A stretch of DNA of 38,916 bases from Babesia bigemina (Eukaryota), in assembly GCF_000981445.1 (NCBI RefSeq), contig NW_012237200.1:1-38916 (forward strand). Reading direction: 5' to 3'. Positions within the stretch are counted from its first letter, which is position 1; every line of letters begins with the position of its first letter. Below the pieces are notes generated by a model. That model made no database searches and had not been told where the DNA came from. It saw nothing but the letters and a program-made list of their open reading frames with translations. A program made the position numbers and the translations under genes. Below, in pieces: positions 10,901-21,200 of the stretch.

Positions 10901-13581
10901 TCAGCTGATATGGCGAGAAGGTTGTTTTCGAGGGCTTCGACGAGAGTTTCCGCCGATGCGTATGCATCCGACAATGTTGTTTGAGTGGCCTTAATGGCTT
11001 TCTCGATTTTATCGTTAGCTGTCGTAGCAATGAATTCTATGTGTTGAAAATGGCTGTATATTAGTTCAACGTGTTCTCTGAGAGCTTTCATCTTTTCCAC
11101 GACATCTGCCATCTTGTACTCGACCATGTCAGGAAGGCCTTCAAGTGAGGTGATGATGGGACTAATGCCGTTTTGGACTTTGTTGATTTGTTCAACTGTG
11201 CTGGTTTGAACACGGTTGATATGATCTCCAATTTCACCAAGCACTGTGTCAATGCTGCCCATCTTTAAATTATCTAAGTACCATGCAATATTATCCTTGG
11301 CTAGCGTTGAAATTTCATCCATTAGTTTCCCCAGGGTTGTTTTTATGTCTGAGGATATGCTATCCAAGGTTGTTTTCGTCGCATTGACATTAAGCCCCTG
11401 CGCAGATTTATTTATTTCCTGTAGCGATGTATCAAGGTGGCCAATTTGAGTATGAACCGTCGACAAAGACTCAGTAATTTTGCGGCCAGGATCGTTCTCA
11501 ATTTTAGATGTTAATTCCTTGACTTGACTCACTGCTTCCTCTACCCTGCCGATGCTGTACTTGCCGGTGAAGTCACCAATCTCCTTGGCGGTCTGTTTGG
11601 CAGATGCCGAGACGGATGAGAGAGCGATCTCAACGACAGTTCGTAAGGGATTTGTGTTTGTGCCAGGTGGAGGTTGCATAGTTTTTTTTAATGCTTCATC
11701 TACACCTGCAACGAATACTCCGATTGAGGTCTTCTTAATGTGCTCATCAATTGCTGCGCCATACGCTTTAAGATACTTTGCGATGTCACCCAGATTTTCA
11801 TGAGCCTTTTCCTTGTCGCCTTTAGGTAGGTTGACTGCAACTTTTGTTCTCACAGTACTTTCAAGTTGCGAAATAATGGCGGCTCTCACCTTTTGCACAG
11901 CATCGGGTTTTCCAACGTTAATATACATGTCCAGCCACCCCTTCGCCGTTTCAGTCTGCAGAGCGTCTTCAATCCAACCAGGAAGAACTTGTGATTCAAA
12001 TTTATTTTCAGCATAACTAGCAATAACATACGATTTTACGTCACCTGTAATCCCACCAAGTGAAGCTTTACCGTTGCCTGAACCTGTAATTTCTGTGACT
12101 ACACCGCCAATGGTGCTTTTTAGGGCATTCCAATTACCACATAATGTAGTATCCTTAATTATTCCGTCAGCCACTCCAACTTCCGCTTTAATCTTATCAA
12201 AATGCCATCGTGCTCCTTGCACGGCCATTGCAACTTCTCCCTCTATGTCTTTCATGAATTGGTTCAATGGTTCTGTAATCGTATGTTTTAAGTTACTGGC
12301 AACGTTCTCAATGTCTTGAATTTCGTTTTTAACTACCGATTTGTCTATAATTTTCCTCAGGTTGCTTTCGGCTTCAGCAATTGTTCGTTTGGTCTTGTAC
12401 ATCCAATTTTCCAACTCTCCAACGCATCCTCCCAAATTAATACGAAAGGCGTCTAGACATTTATCAATTTTTGTAACTTCTTCTTTCAACTTGGATGTAT
12501 CCTTTCTCCCAGATGGATTCTTGGACCTATCAATCTCCACCAGCGCACTTCTAATGTTCTCAAAATGCTGAAGTATTGGAGTGGCATACTTATTATCAAA
12601 TTCAACAAACATACCTTGAGCTTTGCTCTTGCCGTCCTGGATAACATGCTTAACGTTCCCAAGTTGCGTTCTCTTTATCTCGCAAAGGTCAATTATTTTT
12701 TTGTCAATGCACCTAAATTTATATGCTAATTGCTTTTGTAAGTCCATGAATCCCTCTTTTATCTCCTTTTCAATCCTTTCCTTCTGATTCACCAACACGG
12801 TATCTACAACCTTTGCCTGCCTCTTCACCTCATCATTCTCAGCAACACTTTTCAGGTGCTCAACCACTTTTTGCACGTGTTTTATTTCATTCATTAGCTT
12901 AGAAAGAAGTACGCTATCTAATTTATTAACGTATCGTGTCTCAGTGCTGTTTATGTATTTGTCGATGTCGTCTACTGTGGACGTCCACTTGCTCAGTTGT
13001 TCTTGGAGATTATCACCTGCACTAATATTAGTAGTGTATATACCCGAAATATCATCATGGAACTTACCTAAATCATTTAATACGTGTAACGTTTTTTCTT
13101 GTAATTCCTCTTCATACCCCTCCAACCACCCCTTCACCGCGGCGACAGACGCCGCAAGCCCATCACGCCCGGAGCCAATATTTTTATTTAAGGTGTCAAG
13201 TACTTTTTTGAGTCTATTATTCTCTCCACTAATGTATTTATCATAAGTTGTCACTTCATTTTCGTTTTTCACCGCACCAAGCACACCACTCAAAAATCCC
13301 ATCACCGCATCACACAGCCTATCCAGGTCAGAGTACACAATCCCAGTGCCGTCGTAGCCTTTGGAGTCAGAGTTGAAGCCGAGGAATTTTTCGAGGCCAG
13401 TACAGAGGTTATCAAGGATGTTAATAGGGTTATTATTTAAGGTATTTTTAGGGTTTTAAATTTTGTCAAATTTCTTGCCAAGCTCCCTAAGCGGCACATG
13501 GTCAGGGCAGTGGCAAGCGGTGGAAGGAGGGAAGTGAAGGGGGACAAGGGACAAGTTATTATTGTAGTCTAATGAGGTCAT
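7927..13581 (-). CDS. ves1: ves/VESA-like variant surface antigen, copy 2 (in-frame TAA at codon 42, 13456-13458; next in-frame ATG at 13302)
   Basis: 1803-codon ORF 7927..13338 with Cys-rich C-half, TM (FFWTTVALWSLSLFYLICVMVG) and tail RLDVLHIRSHLRIPSSHKITAQSLLAAAQVGRLAKISYLQP. The frame extends upstream to the conserved ATG at 13581 (MTSLDYNNNLSLVPLHFPPSTACHCPDHVPLRELGKKFDKI*NPK...). Confidence 0.8.
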
Positions 13582-13605
13582 AGCGGTATTATAGCAAGGT
13601 AATTC

Positions 13606-15512
13606 GAGCGATGTAGAGTGGATAAGGGAGGGATGTAGAGTGGATAAGGGAGGGATGTAGAGTGGGTAAAGGAGCGATGAGGAGTGGATTAAGGGGCGAT
13701 GTAGAGTGGGTTAAGGAGCGATGTAGAGTGGATAAAGGGGCGATGTAGAGTGGCTAAAGGAGCGATGAAGAGTGGATTAGGGAGCGATGTAAGGTGGATA
13801 AAGGAGCGATGTAAGGTGTGTAAAGGAGCGATGTGGAGTGGGTTAGGGAGCGATGTGGAGTGGGTAAAGGGGCGATGTAGAGTGGGTTAAGGGGCGATGA
13901 GGAGTGGATAAAGGGGCGATGTAGAGTGGGTAAAGGGGCGATGTAGAGTGGGTTAAGGGGCGATGTAGAGTGGATAAAGGAGCGATTAGAGGAGGTTAAG
14001 GAGCGATGTAAGGTGGATAAAGGGGCGATGTAGAGTGGGTTAGGGAGCGATGTGGAGTGGGTTAGGGAGCGATGTAGAGTGGGTTAGGGAGCGATGTAGA
14101 GTGGGTTAGGGAGCGATGTATGGTGGGTAAAGGGGCTATTAGAGGAGGTTAAGGGGCGATGTAGAGTGGGTTAAGGAGCGATGTAGAGTGGGTAAAGGGG
14201 CGGTGTAAGGTGGATTAGGGAGCGATGTGGAGTGGATAAAGGGGCGATGTAAGGTGGATAAGGGGCGATGTAGAGTGGGTTAAGGGGCGATGTAGAGTGG
14301 ATAAAGGGGCGATGTAGAGTGGGTTAAGGGGCGATGTAGAGTGGATAAAGGGGCGATGTAGAGTGGGTTAAGGGGCGATGTAAGGTGGACTAAGGGGCGA
14401 TGTAGAGTGGATAAAGGGGCGATGTAGAGTGGATAAGGGAGCGATGTAGAGTGGGTTAAGGGGCGATGTAGAGTGGATAAGGGAGCGATGTAGAGTGGAT
14501 AAGGGAGCGATGTAGAGTGGGTTAAGGGGCGATGTAGAGTGGATAAGGGAGCGATGTAGAGTGGGTTAAGGGGCGATGTAGAGTGGATAAGGGAGCGATG
14601 TAGAGTGGATAAGGGAGCGATGTAGAGTGGGTTAAGGGGCGATGTAGAGTGGATAAGGGAGCGATGTAGAGTGGGTTAGGGAGCGATGTAGAGTGGATAA
14701 AGGAGCGATGTAGAGTGGATTAGGGAGCGATGTAGAGTGGGTTAGGGAGCGATGTAGAGTAGGTTAGGGAGCGATGTGGAGTGGATAAAGGGGCGATGTA
14801 GAGTGGGTTAGGGAGTGATGTAGAGTGGATAGAGGAGCGATGTAGAGTGGATAGAGGGGCGATGTAGAGTGGGTAAAGGGGCGATGTAGAGTGGGTTAAG
14901 GGGCGATGTAGAGTGGGTTAGGGAGCGATGTAGAGTGGGTAAAGGAGCGATTTAGAGTGGATAAGGGAGCGATGTGGAGTGGATAAAGGGGCGATGTAGA
15001 GTGGGTAAAGGGGCGATGTAGAGTGGATTAGGGAGCGATGTAGAGTGGATAAAGGGGCGATGTAGAGTGGGTAAAGGGGCGATGTAGAGTGGATTAGGGA
15101 GCGATGTAAGGTGGATAAAGGAGCGATGTAGAGTGGGTTAGGGAGCGATGTAGAGTGGGTAAAGGGGCGATGTAGAGTGGGTAAAGGGGCGATGTGGAGT
15201 GGATAAGGGGCGATGTAGAGTGGGTTAAAAGGCGATGTGAAGTGGATAAAGGGGCGATGTAGAGTGGATAAAGGAGCGATGTGGAGTGGGTTAAGGGGCG
15301 ATGTAGAGTGGGTTAAAGGGCGATGTAGAGTGGGTAAGGGAGCGATGTGGAGTGGGTTAAGGGGCGATGTAGAGTGGGTTAAAGGGCGATGTAGAGTGGG
15401 TAAGGGAGCGATGTGGAGTGGGTTAAGGGGCGATGTAGAGTGGGTTAAGGGGCGATGTAGAGTGGATAAAGGGGCGATGTAGAGTGGGTAAGGGGCGATG
15501 TAGAGTGGATAA
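13606..15512. repeat. Satellite A array 2, ~90 units
   Basis: GCGATGTAGAGTGG core at ~21-nt period. Confidence 0.97.
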
Positions 15513-15530
15513 TAATCACCACTTAGCTCA

Positions 15531-15675
15531 CCACTGTCATCGCTGCCGTGACCATGTCATCGCTGCCTTAACCATGTCATCGCTGCCGTGACCATGTCAT
15601 CGCTGCCGTGACCATGTCATCGCTGCCGTGACCATGTCATCGCTGCCGTAACAATCTCATCGCTGCCGTGGCCAT
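15531..15675. repeat. Satellite B array (20-bp), ~7 units
   Basis: TGTCATCGCTGCCGTGACCA repeats. Confidence 0.93.
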
Positions 15676-15677
15676 CA

Positions 15678-16010
15678 ACTTGGTCACCACTTTGGTCATG
15701 GCATTGGTCACCACTTTGGTCGTGGCATTGGTCATGGCATTGGTCAGCACCTTGGTCAACACTTTGGTCAGCACCTTGGTCAGCACATTGGTCACCACTT
15801 TGGTCACCACTTTGGTCATCACCTTGGTCAGCACTCTGGTCAACACTTTGGGCAGCACTTTGGTCAGCACATTGGTCAGCACATTGGTCAGCATCTTGGT
15901 CAGCACTTTGGTCATGGCATTGGTCACCACGTTGGTCAACACGTTGGTCACCACTTTGCTCAGCACATTGGTCAGCACTTTGCTCAGCACATTGGTCAGC
16001 ACATAGGTCA
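15678..16010. repeat. Satellite C array (12-bp), ~27 units
   Basis: TTGGTC every 12 nt. Confidence 0.95.
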
Positions 16011-16120
16011 TGTTATTCATCATCAACGCAACCATTACTGTCTAGCACATTAGATGTAGTTGCCAGTTAGGTGAGCAGTGGAATATAGATTACGATGTTT
16101 GTGTTACTAAATTGCTAATA

Positions 16121-16316
16121 TCAGCTGTAGAACGCGATGCAGAAGGGTATCTTGCGTACGAGGAAATCGCGGATGTTGCGGCCCACCGGGAAGCGGAAGA
16201 TGCACAGGTCGAGCAGGATGATGGCGACGATGATGGCAACGATGACGGCGGCGATGGCGGAGTAGGGAGAAAGTGGTCACCTCACTGCTCATCTGATTTG
16301 TCATCAACGCAATCAT
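16121..16316 (-). pseudogene. Small single-pass membrane protein ORF interrupted by an apparent +1 frameshift near 16271 (or a detached terminal exon)
   Basis: Frame 16270->16121 reads SPYSAIAAVIVAIIVAIILLDLCIFRFPVGRNIRDFLVRKIPFCIAFYS* with C-ending codon bias. The upstream ATGs (MIALMTNQMSSEVTT from 16316) are 1 nt out of frame. Confidence 0.5.
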
Positions 16317-16362
16317 TACTGTCTACAACATTAGATGTCAGTTGGCATTTAGGTTATTGTGA

Positions 16363-16770
16363 TCAGCTGCGCAGCAGATACCGCATCCTGTGGAAGGGCC
16401 GGATGCGGAAGTATATCATGACGCTGATGACGACGATGATGAGGGCGACGGCGGCGATGATGATGGGAAGGACGGGGGAGGAGGAAGTGGAGGAATCGGC
16501 AAGCTGTGCACTGTACTGCGTGGCGGCAGGGCGTGAACGTTTCCTGTCACAACATGTACATTGACATCTATCGGTGTTACACGTGGTATCTCGAGTGCCG
16601 CAGTCCGAAGGATGGCATTTCTTCTGCTGTCTGAGTTGCCTGTTAGACTGCATACATGATATGCACTTTCTAGAACTACCACATCTTGTACAACACCATG
16701 GACAGCAATAACACACGTCGAACTGTTTACATCTCCTACCTGGACAATCACAGTCCCATTCTCCAGACAT
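16363..16770 (-). CDS. Small cysteine-rich protein with C-terminal transmembrane helix, 135 aa
   Basis: ATG at 16770; dense CxC/CC/CxxC N-domain, Ser-rich linker, TM PVLPIIIAAVALIIVVISVMIYF, basic tail RIRPFHRMRYLLRS. Confidence 0.7.
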   Translation of the reverse strand: MSGEWDCDCPGRRCKQFDVCYCCPWCCTRCGSSRKCISCMQSNRQLRQQKKCHPSDCGTRDTTCNTDRCQCTCCDRKRSRPAATQYSAQLADSSTSSSPVLPIIIAAVALIIVVISVMIYFRIRPFHRMRYLLRS

Positions 16771-16779
16771 CTTCCCCTC

Positions 16780-17247
16780 CCGCTCCCAGTCCCCTCAACC
16801 TGCAGACATGTCAATCACCTGAGCAACGCACTCACCAACTGCAACACTACCACTGCCGCTCCCAGTCCCCTCAACCTGCGAACATATCAATCACCTAGCA
16901 ACGCACTCACCAACTGCAACACTACCACTGCCGCTACCACTCCCCTCAACCTGCAAGCATATCAATCACTCAAGCAGCACTCACCAGCTACAACACGTAC
17001 CACTGCCGCTCCCACTCCCCTCAACCTGCGAACATATCAATCACCTAGCAACGCACTCACCAACTGCAACACTACCACTCCCACTCCCAGTCCCCTCAAC
17101 CTGCAGACATGTCAATCACCTGAGCAACGCACTCACCAACTGCAACACTACCACTGCCACTCCCAGTCCCCTCAGCCTGCAAACATCAATCACTCAAGCA
17201 GCACTCACCAACTGCAACACTACCACTGCCGCTCTCACTCCCCTCAT
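16780..17247 (-). repeat. ~75-bp tandem repeat (6+ units), each unit a ~40-nt exon-like segment plus a 32-36-nt GTGAGT...GCAG intron-like segment
   Basis: Minus-strand putative introns at 16800-16835, 16876-16910, 16951-16984, 17026-17060, 17101-17136 and 17177-17208. Confidence 0.8.
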
Positions 17248-17249
17248 CA

Positions 17250-17745
17250 CCACCTACCCTCACCCCTGTGTCCCCCCAGCCCAGGCCACCGACACCCACG
17301 CTGCCCAGGATACCACGGCTGCCCTGACGCGACGCATGTGGCTAGCACCAACTGTCACCCTAAATTATTCACAATTCGATACGCCATAAGAATCGCAGCG
17401 AAACCCGTGCGCTCAACTCCCACAGTGCAGCAGCACCGTGCTACGAGCCGCGGTATCGGCGCCATGCTAGCGGAGCGTGTCGGCTACGTGCCTAAATGTG
17501 ATATTAACAATCGCTACCTTGCCGCCTATAAATGCTACTTAACTGAGCCAACGCGGATTACGCCACCCTGCCGGTGACTCGCAACACACGACTTGGGTCA
17601 CCCGCCGCGGTCCTCACGGCCGCTTACTTTAGCGACCAATCACCCAGCCTCACGTGACACTGACTCAATGGGCAACGCGGACGCCTCTCACAGTCAACGC
17701 GTAATACAACGCACCAGGCAATCAACGTGCTACAACACCCACCAA
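17250..17745. promoter_or_regulatory. Unique GC/CpG-rich intergenic segment, candidate promoter of the small Cys-rich gene
   Basis: Only sizeable non-repetitive, non-coding stretch in the window; lies directly upstream of the exon-intron repeat on the minus strand. Confidence 0.3.
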
Positions 17746-17757
17746 ATTACGGTTCAT

Positions 17758-18139
17758 CCGCCAGCTTAGCACTTTGCCTGTGTGCTAGCTTAGCACTTTG
17801 CCTGGTTACAAGCTTAGCACTCTGCCTGGGTGCTAGGTTAGCACTTTGCCTGGGTGCTAGGTTAGCACTTTGCCTGGGTGCTAGGTTAGCACTTTGCCTG
17901 GGTGCTAGGTTAACACTTTGCCTGGACGCTAGGTCAACACTTTGCCTGGATGCTAGCTTAGCACTTTGCCTGGGTGCTAGGTTAACACTTTGCCTGGGTG
18001 CTAGGTTAGCACGTTGCCTGGGTGCTAGTTCAACACGTTGCCTGGGTGCGAGGTCAACACGTTGCCTGGTTGCCAACTTAGCACTTAGCCTGGTTGCCAG
18101 CTCAGCACTTTGCCTGGGTGCCAGCTTAGCACGTTGCAT
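17758..18139. repeat. Satellite D array 2 (24-bp), ~16 units; minus-strand ORF 17747..18139 MQRAKLAPRQSA... (130 aa)
   Basis: 24-nt periodicity; ATG at 18139, 145 nt after the copy 3 stop. Confidence 0.93.
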
Positions 18140-18283
18140 TGTCGTTTAGTCATAATCTAATCTAGCTGCTATCTAGTTCGCAGGTTGCCGCTTGAGTAGT
18201 TCGAGATATTAGACTACGTTTGTCGGTTAGGTGAGTAGGTGAGTAGTTACGTGAGTTGATGTGAATTACAAATGTGAATACAT

Positions 18284-21200
18284 TTACGGCTGCAGGTACG
18301 ATATCTTGGCAAGCCTTCCGACTTGCGATGCCGCCAACAATGATTGCGCCGTTATCTTGTGCGACGACGGTGATCGTAAGTGTGATTTGATGTGGAGCAC
18401 ATCCAGTCTGCCAACCATGACGCAGATGAGGTAGAAGAGGGACAGCGACCAGAGCGCCACGTTCATCCACAAGAAAGGTGCGCGGATGGTAAACATGAAC
18501 TTATCAATGGCTTTGAAGAACTTCACAAGATGTGAGTCCTTCTCAAATGCCTCCGCAAATACTGTACAGAAATCTCTGCACGTGCGTTTCTTCTCAATGC
18601 CTGCACTTCCGTTCAGCCTCTCTGGATCGCCGAAAACGAAGCCGTACTTAGCCAATGTAGGCAGCGTGTTATTGCAGCTTACAATGGATTTGCAGTTGCG
18701 ATCGTGATATCGTGGCGGTTGATACGTGGTGGATGTAGTTCTACATTCTTTGATGCACGCTTTTACGTGGCAATTCGATCCCCTGGAACCGCATTTGGAA
18801 TTGCACTCGTCATACAATTTCTTCAGCAGATCGTAGAACGATGCCGTCAGATAAACTATCCACGACAAGTACTTATCGGCGTGTTCTGACGAGAACGTCT
18901 CGTAGATGGCGTGACTGATGGGACGCAGATAAGGACCGCATACGACGGAGTCCCTTGATAAGCATACGAGACTGCCCAGGCTACCATCGGAGTGGCCCTT
19001 CTTCAATGCTGAGTGACTAGGGGTAAATAAGTGGTAGACTTTGAACTCACCATAACTGCGCCCGAAATTGGCAGCGTTAACTTTCTCTTCAAATGCTTCT
19101 TTCTTATGCTCATTGCCATGCATACCCCAGCGATCGGTGAGATGATGGTAGAAGCTGAACATGTCCGCCAGCGTTTTCGGCGCACTGGGTAGCAGGCAGT
19201 TGAGGTAACCGCACAGTCTAGTGAGAGGGGAGTTATGACGGCCACAGAAATAGTAAAGCACCTCGCATATATTCCGGCCAATCATCGTATGTGACGCGAT
19301 GGCACCGATGTCAGCGAAACCCATCGGAGTTCTGCACGGCATACCAGCTGTATTGCCACACGTGCCACATGACAGACTGGATCCCCTAGCTGCTACCGAA
19401 TGCGGCAGGTGGCCTTTCAAACCGTCCTCCAAGAACGATTGCAGTGGCGACTTGACGCCGCAGTTGGGATATTGCCCACTCGTTTGGCTGCCACTTTGGT
19501 CGTGCCTTTGGTCGCAGTCTTGCTTAGGGCATTGCTTTGTGTTGCACTGCCAGCCTGAGCCACCAATGTACCTGCCGTAGTGGCACTCCCTCCAGCCGCT
19601 TAGCTGAGCATTGTGCCGACACTGCTGCAGCAGGAAGTACAGCTGGTGGTAGAGGCGCTTGAGCAGGTCGAACAACGTACACAGCAGTTGAATCAAATTG
19701 CTAGGGTAGTCTAACTTCATCGAGTTGTTGGAGAACTCACAGGCGTAAATTCCGTCCTTGTGACCGTGGCCTAGGATAGCGGTGAGGACGGCGTGGGAGT
19801 CAGATGAGACCTTGTAGAGCGCTTCGTCGATATGCGTGTGTTGGAAGGGAGATGGGTGCGCTTCAAAAGGCTGCAGCGTTTTAGTACCAGGCCTTTGCTT
19901 GTCCTCCTTCATGAACTCAGATTCAATGTGCGCCTTGAGCTTCTCGTACACGGGGTTGAACTGCAGGCCGCAGCACCAGACGAGAATTTCGTAAACGGAG
20001 CAAGGAGCCCGGGGTTTCTCAATACGAGTAAGGTGGCATACACGGAAGTACGTCTGCAGGAAATCATAGAGTTTTTGGACGAGACCGCTTTCCTCAGCGA
20101 TGGTTACATCAAGCGCATCTGACCCGGATGCCGATGGAGCAATGCCGGTGACGGGAGATGACCGTTGACTGAACAAATTATGCGTTTCATTGGTTAGGTG
20201 TTTGAGAATGCTGCTACCATTAAAGTCTTGTCTGTGATTCAGTTCGCCATGCTCGGCGTTCTCAGGACGATGGACGTCATACCCGTTGTCCCGGAAGAAG
20301 AGAGCGTGGAGGCTGGAGGTGATGTCAGTTCGGTGATAGATTTGGTAATCATTCCAGTTCTCATATTCGAGTCTATTCTTGAGTTCAGTTAGAGCGTCGT
20401 ATAAGATGGGCGTGATGGTCCAACAGATTTTGGCGTAGTTTCTATTTTCCGCCTCGGTGAGTTTCTCCCATTCGATGGTCCTCAAAGAGTACGTTGAAAC
20501 GTATGCCTTTTTGAGCTCCTCGACGAGAGGGGTGAAGCCTGCTTTAAGAGCATTGAGGAGTGAGGGGCACTTGGCATCGCCGTAGGTAGCGGGCTTGAAG
20601 GAAGTGACGGCATTATTGAGGGCGTCTAGATTGGTGCTGAATGTGTGGTCGAAGTGCAGTGATTTGAGTAGACCGGAAAGCAATTTGGTCAGCGACTTTT
20701 TGAATGCCTGAAGCTTGGAAAAATCGCGCTTGAAGTCTTCTTGATTTTCCAGGTGAACGAAGAAAGAGCCGAACGAGTAGTTCACCATGTCGGCTGCCTT
20801 GCTCAGTGGAGACTCTATTCGAGGTGTTAGCTTCGGATTAACGTGTCTGATGCCCGAGATTGATCTACTGTCCGTGATGAAATTTTTCTCAAATGCCGTC
20901 ATGAAACCCTTGAAACCGACGGTCAAGTCACGTGAAATGTCACCGGGCAGACCGTTGAGTTGCGCGGTTACCCTGTCGGAGAACTGCTCGAGTTGCAGCT
21001 TGACGGTGTCAATGTACTGCTTGTGGACGTAGGTCGTCAGTTGCTTAGTTGCATCCTTGACTTGAAAGTCAACGTATTCTGTGAGTTGCTTAGTGTAGTG
21101 CTTTTCGGCAGCGGCTAAGTATTGATCGAGCAAGGCGTTGGTGAGTTTCACGGCTTCCGACACCGGACCGTTTTGCAGTTTGTCGAGCTTGTCATAAATC

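Noticed and set aside
10600..13100. Similarity of the long helical region to bacterial Ebh or coiled-coil proteins
   Set aside because: Only low-complexity helical composition; no recognisable domain repeat, so no functional homology is claimed
15237..15482. ORFs inside satellite A (also 25089-25421, 36020-36205)
   Set aside because: Chance frames created by 20/21-nt unit mixtures; not conserved between arrays
16112..16564. Acidic 150-aa plus-strand ORF
   Set aside because: Antisense shadow of two ATC/GTC/GCC-rich TM-coding segments; non-ATG start
17372..17400. Inverted resemblance to the ves 24-nt leader (AATT....CGCCATAA.A.TCGC)
   Set aside because: Short gapped match with no following ATG or gene; compatible with chance
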